A DNA stretch of 64,000 bases from Macrostomum hystrix (lineage: Eukaryota > Animalia > Platyhelminthes). The DNA lies in the NCBI GenBank assembly GCA_950097015.1, contig CATNEN010000038.1, positions 3,968,001 through 4,032,000 on the forward strand. The letters are read 5' to 3'. Under the pieces are notes generated by a model. That model worked only from the letters and a program-made list of their open reading frames with translations. It did no database searches and was not told where the DNA came from. This document shows, piece by piece, positions 47,532-58,657 of this stretch (the first letter of the stretch is position 1; every line of letters begins with the position of its first letter). Both the position numbers and the translations under genes were made by a program.

Positions 47532-48479
47532 TTAAAAGTTAATAATATTCGCACATGGCTTTGTAAACTGGCACATTATTAGGCAGTACACACTCCCACT
47601 GTGCCTTAGCAAGTTTGCCCTTAAGACCGTAACTTGCAGGACAAGCAGGACAGATGAATGTGGCCTGTTTCTTTGCTATTGACCCATGAACTTTTATCGT
47701 ATCGAGAATGCGAGAATCGAATTTATCAAACTTTGTGCTGCTTCAATCAGAAAGAACGACTTTTAGCGATGATACGAGCGTAGCTTTCTAGTTTTTTTTA
47801 AATTGAATAGAAAATACTTCTGAATAAAAGTGCGAAAGCCGTTTTCGAAACGCAGGGGTCACAAAGTGTGACATAAATCAGCGAGTCGCGTGTTTCATTG
47901 GGGGCTTACGAAATCAGATTAGCTTCTTGTTCTGCAATCGATTTGAAAAGTTTGTTTACTCGCCTCTATATTTTAATGCAGTTGCTTGTTAAAATGTGCA
48001 GACTTAACCAATAAACTTTCAAATAGATTCCTTTAAACGATAATAATTCTTGTCCAGGTAGTCTTTATGCACTTTTGCACTGCCCTTGATTAGAGGCCAA
48101 ACTGCATTTGTTAAATTAGATGCCATTCAGTGAAACCCCAAAAGGTCTGGTCTGGTCTGGTGGAAAGCTGCTTTGATGCACTTGGTGCGATTGCAGAGTT
48201 AAACACGAAATAATTAAAGAATTTACCTACTAGACGTGTTGTCCCCGCCAGCACCGTCATTTAATTCTAGTTTGTCTACCCAGGCAAATTTTGAAATTAA
48301 AAAGCGAACTTTGTGAATGCCTCATTTCCTATCAGAAATTTGAATAAAAGCCGCAATTCGCAACCGTTTCGCAACTGCGGGGAGCAGAAAAATTGTCAAA
48401 AGCAAGTGTGCAAAACTTTATTTTTGCAAAAAGTAGTCTTAGACAAAGTAGTGTCCTGTACTGCAGCTTGTTGGTTCCG

Positions 48480-49751
48480 ATGTCACATCTTCTACTAGTT
48501 CTGCTGCTGCTGGCTCCTCTTTTCCAGGCGGTCGCGTCATCTAGCCGTCCGTCAGCTTCTGGTCAATCGAGGCCCGGCAGTCCAGACCGAGCTGCCGTGG
48601 AAACCTGCAGAAGCGTCGAGTGCGTGCAGCTGGCCGCCGAGATAATCAGCTTCATGAACAGTTCGGTGGAGCCGTGCGATGACTTCTACAGCTACGCTTG
48701 CGGCAACTTCCCCTACGTAGCTAAATACAATCCGAAGAGTAACGACTTCTTGCTCCAAGACACCACGAACCAGATGATCGAGCGCCAGGAGAGGAACATT
48801 TACGAGCTGCTGATGCTGGAACGCCTGGCCACCAGCTCGGACAGGGATATGGCGGATCTCTATAACTTCACCAGAGTGTTCTGCCGCAGCTGTCGCAGCT
48901 GGATGCTTTCTCGACGCTATATGAAACAAACTAACCAGAAAGACATTTTCACAATACATTTTTGGAAGGTGTTTTTAATCATCTGAACGATACTTTGTCA
49001 ACACTAACTCGACGAGACGAAGAAATCTCGATCGAGACAGTTCTTGCGGCTTTGGTCAAAACAGGCGGACGCAGCTTGCTGACGGTGCAGATACCTTTTA
49101 GATTTGCGAGACAAGTTCTGACAGATGAAGACTTCAACCTGACGCAGACCGCAAGAGCTGAAATAGACCTAGCCGCTGCACCCGTCCAACAGCAAACTGG
49201 GAAATGACGTCTCCGACATCATGGGCTTGGAGGTGAGAGACGCTTTCGAAGAAACTCTGGCAGTGGGGTTAGGAAATCAACCACATTACAGTGCAGAAGC
49301 GGTAAAAGAGCGAATTGTGGTTTTGTGAAGAGCAATCGGGAAGACTGAGTAGCGTGTACTTCGGATTGGGCTCAACAAAGTTCTTCCTGATGGTCTGGCC
49401 TTCGTTAGGCTGCTAGGCTGCCTAAGGCATTCATCCAACGACTCACTCTCTCCTCCCGCGCAGGCAGCTTACCAGGCGCTGAAGATCCAGCAGCAGCTCC
49501 GGCGCCGCAAACAGCCACGCCTGCCGAACCTGCCGAATGAGTCACTCCGGAGCAGCTGCTGTTTATCCAGGCTGCCCAGTCCTGGTGCGTCAAGATGGAG
49601 CCGAGTGCCCTGAGCTATTTCGGCGAGGAGCCACAGCCCGAATCCGCTGAGAGTACGCGGCATGATAGAGAACAGTCGGGAGTTCGCTAAGGTCTTCAGT
49701 TGCGGCCGCGGCCGGCCGATGAACCCGGATGTCAAGTGCAGCTTCTGGTGA
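48480..49751 (+). pseudogene. Neprilysin/M13 metallopeptidase pseudogene (internally deleted, frameshifted)
   Basis: N-term C..ECVQLA..MNSSVEPCDDFYSYACG; C-term TPEQLLFIQAAQSWC..HSPNPLRV.G..NSREFAKVFSC..MNPDVKCSFW*; several frameshifts/stops and no HExxH found. Confidence 0.8.
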
Positions 49752-50044
49752 CATTTTTCGAACGAGTGCGGAAGACAGCGACTGTCGTAATGGACTTCTC
49801 ATTGTTTTACTTTGCTCAAATTCCAATAGAAATAGGCTTCAAAATAATAAGTACCTCTTTACTTACCTTAGTAGCTTAAATGAAATCCGGTTCTATTGAC
49901 AGCTTTTGTCTTGCGAATGCATGCCTTCAAATTTTAAATGCTGCTTTTTATAACAAAACAATACAAACCAAGCTTATCCAATAAAAATCCATGAAATCGA
50001 CCGCGTGGCAGGTCTAAAAGGACAACAGTCTAAAAGCTTTCTAG

Positions 50045-50520
50045 GCTGTCTAACAAACAGCACTGCTGTCTAACAGGTAGCACTGCTGTCTAACAGGTTG
50101 CACTGCTGTCTAACAGGTAGCACTGCTGTCTAACAGGTAGCACTGCTGTCTAACAGGTTGCACTGCTGTCTAACAGGTAGCACTGCTGTCTAACAGGTAG
50201 CACTGCTATCTAACAGGTGTCACTGCTGTCTAACAGGTAGCACTGCTGTCTAACAGATAGCTGTGCTATCTAACAGGTGTCACTGCTGTCTAACAGGTAG
50301 CACTGCTGTCTAACAAGTTGCACTGCTGTCTAACAGGTAGCACTGCTGTCTAACAGGTAGCACTGCTGTCTAACAGGTGTCACTGCTGTCTAACAGATAG
50401 CTGTGCTATCTAACAGGTGTCACTGCTGTCTAACAGGTAGCACTGCTGCTGTCTAACAGGTTGCGCTGTTGTCTAACAGGTAGCACTGCTGTCTAACAGG
50501 TTGCGCTGTTGTCTAACAGG
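50045..50520. repeat. 20-bp minisatellite (GCTGTCTAACAGGTAGCACT)
   Basis: About 23 copies. Confidence 0.95.
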
Positions 50521-50876
50521 TTTAAGCTAGAAGACTTCTCTAACAGGATGAATTATTTTAATATTTCTATGAATAAATATATTTATCTTTTTTTAGTGCC
50601 AATCAATCTGGACTTCTGTAGTGACTAAATTGTATTTTGCATATCGAACGAGTCAGAAACTAGACATGATATGGACAGCTGCAGAATCGCTATGAGATTG
50701 ATCGCACTACTGCTCTCCTACTGTAAGTAGTATACCGTGAAGCAACAGCCTGATAAGATGGCACGGGATAGAATAGACAGAATGCAGAACAAATAACACG
50801 CTTTTATAGAAAATTAAACTTATTTGGAACAGCTACAAGTGAGAATTTTCTTTCAGAAAACTGTCGAGAGACAATG

Positions 50877-50962
50877 ATAGTAGACCGATAGTAGACCGAT
50901 AGTAGACCGATAGTAGACCGATAGTAGACCGATAGTAGACCGATAGTAGATCGATAGTAGAT
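50877..50962. repeat. 11-bp tandem repeat (GATAGTAGACC)
   Basis: About 7 copies. Confidence 0.9.
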
Positions 50963-51210
50963 AGAATGACCAGAAATGATGGTAAATAAACAGACATAAT
51001 AATATTTCCTTAGACTGTGGGGTGTTTTGTGTGGGATTTTGTGTGGGCTTGGAGTGTGGGATTAGTGTGGATGGGATTAAAGTATTGAACAGGTGTGTGT
51101 GGTATTGGGTGTGAGTTCAGGTGCAGGATACCGAAATCGATGTAAAAATTGGACGCATCGCATATCACAACAAGAGCGGGTTGCTGGATCATTGTGGTCA
51201 AGTCTGTCAG

Positions 51211-54200
51211 TCAGTGCCGACTCCTCTGACAGGCGGGCGGGTTCATCTTGGCGAACACGTTCATCTCGAACAGGATGGACACGGTGATGAACAGGCAGTA
51301 GAGCAGCAGGCAGATGACGCCAAGCCGGCGGTCCAGCCGCATTCTGTTGCAGTACACTGACAGGAACAGGAACAGCACGGTGGACAGCAGGGTGATGGAT
51401 GAGTATGTCAGACCGGCGGAGTTGATCTTCACGAAGCTTCCGGGACTCTTCAGCCCGGTGCTGACTAGCCAAGGCAGGCCGAGGCCGATCAGGATGTCAA
51501 AGACGTTGCTGCCGACGCTGTTGGACACGGCCATGTCGCCGAAGCCTTTAGTGGCGCGGAGGTGGGGTGGGTGCGGTAACGCGTTTGAGTCTCACACCAA
51601 AGTCCATGAGTTCGAATTCGCGTTGGTGCCTGCCGCGCAATTCGCGCCCATGAGGGCCAACCCGTCAAGGCACAGTGTGAGTGTACACTGGCCTGACAAT
51701 GAGAAAGTCAGGTCAGATGTACACACCTGTGTGAGCGTATGCCTGTGTACCTTATGCGAGCGGAAAAGGCAGAATTGCTTTTTTGCTTTAGACATATCTA
51801 AATATCACCAATAATGTTCGCCAATCACCAATCTGAAATCCCACTTGTTTATGAATCTAAAATCCCACTTGTTCATGAATCTAAAATCCCACCTGTTCAT
51901 AAATCTAAAATCCCACTTGTTCATGAATCTAAAATCCCACTTGTTCATGAATCTAAAATCCCACTTGTTCATGAATCTAAAATCCCACTTGTTCATGAAT
52001 CTAAAATCCCACCTGTTCATAAATCTAAAATCCCACTTGTTCATGAATCTAAAATCCCACTTGTTCATGAATCTAAAATCCCACTTGTTCATGAATCTAA
52101 AATCCCACTTGTTCATGAATCTAAAATCCCACCTGTTCATAAATCTAAAATCCCACTTGTTCATAAATCTAAAATCCCACTTGTTCATGAATCTAAAATC
52201 CCACTTGTTCACCAATCTTAAATCCAAGTACCAGTAAGCACTCACCGTCTCGGGCAACGAAAATGCTGGACAGAGCGTCGGGCACAGAGGTGCCAGCAGC
52301 CAGCAGAGTTAGGCCCATCACCGTGTCCGGAATGCCCAAAGTGTCGCCTTTTAGAGAAGGTAAAAATGCAGTTTAATCGCTCTTACCTTCTGGTAAGGCT
52401 ACTGTCAGTAGAAATGAAAGCATAATTAAAGTTTTTTAATCTAAAATCTAAAAACTGCCCCTTTCTCACCCACAGCGCAGACCATCCACACGAGCAGGTA
52501 GCTCATTGCAGCGATCCACAGGATGCTGTTCAGCAGGGTGATGAAGAAGATTCTGCGCCACCGGCCCGGCCGGCGACAGTCCGGAATGGTCAGGGCGAAT
52601 AGCAGGTGCCAGGGCAGCATGGCGGCCCAGTAGACTCGCTTGCAGCGCGACTTTGGCACGGATAGCGGTGACTCGTACGGCTCCACTGGGTGGGACAGGT
52701 TGAGAATTTATGGAGCTTAGAGTACCAGATCCCACAAAAGTCGAGTACCAGATCCCACAACAGTCGAGTCCCAGATCCCACAACAGTCGAGTCCCAGATC
52801 CCACAACAGTAGAGTCCCAGAGCAAGCAGTTTGTCTCACTGGAGATCTCCACACCCGGAGACGCATCCTCCAGCTCGCCCAGGTCGGCAGCCGATCGCTG
52901 CAGTTGCAATGCTGAGTTTAGCGCAGCCGGCTGCTCCACGGATGTCGCAACCAGCTGCGACGGATGAAACTCGTCGGCGGCGTCCAGGCCGGGATTGTGG
53001 AACTCTGGTTGGGGGAGAGGGATATTTGGCTTTGGAATTCCCAGCCTTCACTCTAGATCTCTCGCCTTCACTCTAGATCTCTCGCCTTCACTCTAGATCT
53101 CTCGCCTTCACTCTAGATCTCTCGCCTTCACTCTAGATCTCTCGCTTTCACTCTAGATCTCTCGCCTTCACTCTAGATCTCTCGCCTTCACTCTAGATCT
53201 CTCGCCTTCACTCTAGATCTCTCGCCTTCACTCTAGATCTCTCGCCTTCATTCTACGTAGATCTCTCGCCTTCACTCTAGATCTCTCGCCTTCACTCTAG
53301 ATCTCTCGCCTTCATTCTGGATCTCTCGCCTTCACTCTAGATCTCTCGCCTTCACTCTGGCACTGAAAGCTCACCCATTGGCACACCAGTCTCCCTTGCA
53401 ACTGCGGCAGTGTCGGCAGCGGACTCCGCCAGATCTCTGTCGCACTCAGCAAGTCGCTGACTGCCGCCAGTTGACAAGGCGGGAAAGCGGGCGGCGATCC
53501 AGCCGTCGAGGCTCTCGTTAAAGTACATGATGCCTATGTAGCCGCCGTACATCACTAGGAAGGTCAGGGCCTCGTACCTGGTGTTCGCCATTTGAGTTTG
53601 AAATATATATAGTTCTATGCCGCTAAGGTGTTAATGTGAAGCATTTTGCCTGCATACCAGTGAACTTCCTCGTTGAATATCACCAGAATCAGGCTCACGA
53701 CACTCAGGCTGTAGTAGCCGCAGTCCCGAAACATCGGCCACCACGACAGGTAGATTGCCTGGTGGACATTGATGAGATCTACTTGGAATTATAGACTAGC
53801 AGACAGACAGACAGACAGACAGACACGCAGACAGACAGGCAGACAGGCAGGCAGACAGACAGGCAGACAGGCAGGCAGATAGGCAGGCAGACAGGCAGTC
53901 ACCTGAGTGGCGAATAGGCCGCAGAGGCTGACAATAAACAGCAGGTTGAAGACAGCGCTGCCAACAATGGTGCTGACGCCGACGTCGCTATCGGCGAAGA
54001 AGACGCCGATGACGGAGGTAAAAAGTTCTGGCGCAGAGCTGCCAGCCGCCATGAAGGTGGCTCCGGCCACGTCGGGTTTCAGCTTGATCACTGAGCAATG
54101 GTCAAAGTGAGTTGGTTGAACATTGTTTTTAATTTTTAGCTCTTGATAACTCATTTTATATAATTAAGAACAGAGTAGATAGAAGAGTCGACAGAGTAGA

Positions 54201-55595
54201 TAGAGGAGTGGACAGAGTAGATAGAAGGGTGGACAGAGTAGATAGAAGGGTGGACAGAGTAGATAGAAGGGTGGACAGAGTAGATAGAAGGGTGGACAGA
54301 GTAGATAGAAGGGTGGACAGAGTAGATAGAAGAGTGGACAGAGTAGATAGAAGGGTGGACAGAGTAGATAGAAGGGTGGACAGAGTAGATAGAAGGGTGG
54401 ACAGAGTAGATAGAAGGGTGGACAGAGTAGATAGAAGGGTGGACAGAGTGGATAGAAGGGTGGACAGAGTAGATAGAAGGGTGGACAGAGTGGACAGAAG
54501 GGTGGACAGAGTAGATAGAAGAGTGGACAGAGTAGATAGAAGAGTGCAGAGGGCGTGGCGACTGACCATCGCACAGGACCTCCAGGGAGGCCACAAAATA
54601 GTCGTCGCAGACCACGGCCAGAGCGGCGAAAAGCCAGGCGGCCACGCAGATGTGCAGCAGGATGGCGCCGTGCTTCTTTGCCGCGGTGCTGATGAGGTCA
54701 GGCGGGAAGGTCTCGATGGAGCGGGGAGTGCAGGCGTTGGCGGGGGCCAGCGGGAGGGCGCTGCTTAATCGGCGTAGCCCGACTGAGGCACCCGCTTGCG
54801 AAGAAGTCTCTAAAACTGCTGCGGTTTTGTTAAAGTGCAAGGTTTATTTTTAAGTTATAAAACCTACAATACGCTCGTATAGTAAGTTCATTAAATAAAA
54901 CTATATTAACATTTGAACGACGGCTGTGGGCAATGGCACATTCCGCCCATTCAGCTAACTCCTGAGCACACACGCACACAGATACCGTACGCAGACACGC
55001 TCACACAGGTGTGTACATCTGTCCTGACTTCCTCATCGTCAGTTAGTGATACTTTCACTGTGCCTTGAAGGCTGGTCTTCAAAGGGCGTAAATTGCACAA
55101 CAAAGGCCCTAAGCCTTCTCTCCGCGGCTGCGCCCGAAATGAATGTGATCTCGCCACGGAATCGAGCTCAGGGACCGTGGTTCGAGAGACAAACGCGTTA
55201 GACTGCTCTGCCGCTTTTTGCTGCTTCTGAAGCATTTTAATTCTATCAGCTAGTCGACGTCACGCATCTGCATCATCTCAGCCTTTACCTAACTATATCA
55301 TCTGCCCCGAATCTCTTATCGGACATTCACTCTGTGTACCTTGTTGGTCGTAAATAGGCCGAATTTATGGCGTTGCAGTCAACAACGCAGTGCATCATGA
55401 AACCAATTAGGCTTTGGAGACAAAATCGACTGCAGTTGCAGCTAAAGGTAGCTCACCTTCAGAGCTGAATAGTCCAGTTCCAGCAGCTGCGGACCAGGCC
55501 ACGCACAGCAGCAGGGCCAACAGCAGCCCAGCTGGCAGCCGCTGCCGTCTACGAAACTGCAGACACTGACGCCGATGCTGCTGCTGCTGCTGCAT
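51211..55595 (-). CDS. SLC24A: K+-dependent Na+/Ca2+ exchanger (NCKX, SLC24 family), ~9 exons
   Basis: Alpha-1 repeat [29 protein letters not shown]; alpha-2 [40 protein letters not shown]; [11 protein letters not shown]. Phase-consistent exons include 55457-55595, 54567-54809, 53903-54090, 51211-51545. Confidence 0.93.
51550..51755 (+). mobile_element. tRNA-derived SINE, family A, copy 2 (antisense in last NCKX intron)
   Basis: B box GAGTTCGAATTC; shares body with 43931 copy. Confidence 0.75.
51836..52212. repeat. 24-bp intronic minisatellite (AAATCCCACTTGTTCATGAATCTA)
   Basis: About 15 copies. Confidence 0.95.
53045..53358. repeat. 20-bp intronic minisatellite (CCTTCACTCTAGATCTCTCG)
   Basis: About 15 copies. 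Confidence 0.95.
53795..53897. repeat. (CAGA/CAGG)n microsatellite, intronic
   Basis: Visible. Confidence 0.9.
54170..54546. repeat. 21-bp intronic minisatellite (GTGGACAGAGTAGATAGAAGG)
   Basis: About 18 copies. Confidence 0.95.
54930..55215 (-). mobile_element. tRNA-derived SINE, family A, copy 3
   Basis: Reverse complement matches 43931-44225 (CCCTGAGCTCGATTCCG..CACATTCATT..GTGCAATTTACG..GATGTACACACCTGTGTGAG..ATGGGCGGAAT). Confidence 0.8.
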
Positions 55596-56228
55596 CAGTC
55601 TCTCTAGGAAGAGACTGTTAAAAATGGAATCACCTCGATAATTAATCACTTAGCTAGTTGGGGAATGTATAAGCCAGACTGCTTTGGGAACAAGCCTGAA
55701 ACAAAGCGAGACGGGATTTCGGGAGTGTCGCTGATCCGGGGATTTGGGGAAGAGAAATGAGAGCGCTGGTTTTGGGCTGTGTTGGGGCGGGGAGTGAAGG
55801 GGAGGAGAGAGTTAGTGGGCAGACAAGGGCCAGATGTACGCAGATGAATGTACACTGGCGGCAGCAATGTACATTGAGCGCTTCGCCCACGGACCAAGCC
55901 CAGCAGGGGTGGCTGTTCAATTCTCGGAGAGACAGAGGGGGTATGGAGAGAGAGATGGAGGGCGAGAGTTGGACATGCAGGATAATTCCTTCACTTCATC
56001 AAATATCTGACCAATTACAGATTCAATATTAAGAAAATAGGCATGCGTAAACACCAGAGTGAGATTATAGTGTTTGCGCATGTTACCTGGCATGTGGCGT
56101 AGCAATTCCAATTAAGCGTGCGGTTTATGCGCACAGGAACAAGCCAAATTTGTGGCAATTCTCCACTGCAGTCTGGTTGGCTTGCCAAATCCGGTTTAAA
56201 CCGGATCCGGAATCTACGAGTAGTAGCA

Positions 56229-57529
56229 CTAGTTATACGGTGATGCATATGAGTATAATCTTTTGGTGTCTATGGCAGACAGACCGGGGATAATTATCAT
56301 TATCAAGCTGCAGCTTTCAGAAGCTCGTTCAAGGCCTGCGTCTCGCAAGGTTGTTGCGCACGTTTTTCTTAGCGTCTGGTTAGTGTAGCGTCCTCCAGTA
56401 GGTACAGGTAGACTAGCAGTTGGACTCTTGACAACTTGGTCGATTGTATGTCGGCCGACCGCTTGATTCTGGTACCATATACCCTTCTTTACAGCCTCCT
56501 CACTGCGAAACCAATTAAGAAACAGACATGATTTGGTACATTCCTGCGGTCTTCTTTCGCTATATTTCTTGTAGACACACACGGTGCAGAACCGATTATT
56601 AATCGTGTAGGATATCTTTCCAGTCTTTAAAGGTCTGTTAATAATTAATAATAATTGATTACACCTGCCCCAATTGGGTCAGATGTGCAGCCGACAGCAC
56701 AGCCGCAGCTAATGCGCGGCGCATCTGAAGGCTGCGTACAGCTGTTCAGTCCATCGACTTGGGGGGACGCCACACCCACCTTCAATTATCCCAGCTGATG
56801 CTGGTACCCATTTAACAGCTGGGTGAACTGAAGCAATGCAGAGTTAAGTGTCTTGCTAAAGGACACAAATTGTTCAGGGGAGTCGGGATCGAACCCCCGA
56901 CCTTCAAGTCGTGAGTCCGACGCCCTAACCACTAGGCTACAACCTCTCACTATAAAGGTCTGTTATAAGTCTCTCTTCAGCACTGCCAAGCGCTACACTA
57001 GGCTGCGTAGCATTAAGGTTGCCTTCTCGGGCAGTCTGATCTCTCATGGCACAATCTAGGGCTGAGCGAGTAGCAGCGAAGCACGCGTCTGTCCAAATTG
57101 AGAAAGACCTTTTTAGAACATGTTGGAAATAATGCTGAATCATTGTGACGAGATCTTTAAGTGAGCCAGGTTTAAACTTCTGACCGTCAACTTTCCGAAC
57201 CTCAAAGACAAAGTATTGCAACAATTCATTAAAAAATCACAAGCTGACATGTCTTCCATTGGTTTAATTACCATCAGTCCAGGTGTTTCACCCACTAGTT
57301 GAGCCTGCAAACGAGCTGCCTTCCAGGCTTCAAAATTTTTATTGGCCCAATCTCGCTTGGCTATAGTCGCTTTAGGCAATCCATCGTCCAGATGTCGTTG
57401 TAGATCTTCAAGCGCCAGTATCTTGCCAAACGATCTTGTAGGTGTGCAATCGGTATTGGCACTTTTCGAAGATTGAATTGACTCCAAATCCGCGAAGAAG
57501 TTGTCGAACGACACATCCGAATCGTCCAT
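56229..57529 (-). mobile_element. Crypton-type (DUF3504-like) tyrosine recombinase relic 3, interrupted by a SINE
   Basis: PKATIAKRDWANKNFEAW..LQYFVFEVRKVDGQKFKPGSL..F..TRSALD; C.VCVYKKYSERRP..WYQNQAVGRHTI..RYTNQTLRKTCATTLRDAG; frameshift and central deletion. Confidence 0.85.
56641..56952 (-). mobile_element. Full-length CORE-type tRNA-derived SINE with 13-bp TSD
   Basis: Minus strand: A box TAGCCTAGTGG, B box GGTTCGATCCC, MIR-like core GTGTCCTTTAGCAAGACACTTAAC..CAGCTGTTAAATGGG, (ATT)n tail; TAAAGGTCTGTTA at 56628-56640 and 56953-56965. Confidence 0.9.
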
Positions 57530-58269
57530 AGCGAGTAGCGACGTATAGCAAAAATTCTATCCTAGTCTAGTCTTGCTAGCGTTTGTGTGCCTTAAATTAC
57601 TTTCTGTACTGAATATTTGTCTATGGCATTCGAGATTTCGCTATGCGATTTGGCGCAAGTGGAGTTTACATACTATAATAGCCTTACATTGAGCATTCTA
57701 TGGCCACAAAGTCCTCGGTCGCATTAACTGTTGCGCCAAAAGAGACATTGCGCATTATAAAGCTTATCTTATACTTTATTAGGGTTAATATATACATTAT
57801 CTTATACATATTAACCCTACTTGAATTGGCTTGTTGGCCAAGGCATCCTCAGCCGTTCTTGGCCATAGACAACGATAACTAGCGGGGGTTATTAATTGCA
57901 ACTCGCCTCGGACCATAGACGATAAGATAACCATAGATGATGGCCCGGCCTGGCCGCGACTCGTGAAATAATGCTTTTCCTCGATTTGGCATGACCAATT
58001 AAATGAAAAACACTGCGGAGACAGATATTTGACCGGAGCATTTCCGCCAATTTACCGAAAATGCTTTGTTTAACTAAACTGATCCAACAACTAGCTGAAT
58101 CAGTGATGAATTGGATGTATTTACATGAAAAAAACGAATAACACATGCTTGATAAGTTAACAGAACAATAAGTATCTACCAGCATAGCAACTAGGACTGA
58201 TTCGTGTGCATAAACAGAAAGTAAAGTGCGACAGTTTAAAAAATGAACTTTTACCTCGTATATTGGTTA

Positions 58270-58657
58270 TATCCAGCAGCCATTATCCAGCTATCCGGCA
58301 GCCACTACCGAGCTATCCAGCAGTTACTATCCAGTAGCCACTACCCAGCTATCCAGCTATCCAGCTGTTACTATTAAGCTATCCAGCAGCCACTATCCAG
58401 CTATCCAGCAGCCACTATCCAGCTATCCAGCAGCCACTATCCAGCTATCCAGCAGCCACTATCCAGCTATCCAGCAGCCACTATCCAGCTATCCGGCAGC
58501 CACTACCGAGCTATCCAGCAGTTACTATCCAGTAGCCACTACCGAGCTATCCAGCAGTTACTATCCAGTAGCCACTACCCAGCTATCCAGCTATCCAGCT
58601 GTTACTATTAAGCTATCCAGCAGCTACTATCCAGCTATCCAGCAGCCACTATCCAGC
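58270..58657. repeat. CTATCCAG-based minisatellite (~22-bp unit) overlapping the TTC19 stop codon
   Basis: Visible tandem CTATCCAGCTATCCAGCAGCCA. Confidence 0.9.

Noticed and set aside
54151-54596. Repetitive ORFs ([21 protein letters not shown])
   Set aside because: Intronic minisatellite read through from NCKX exon 2
56870-56945. Functional tRNA gene
   Set aside because: The tRNA-like head continues into a CORE-like body, an ATT tail and a TSD, so it is a SINE
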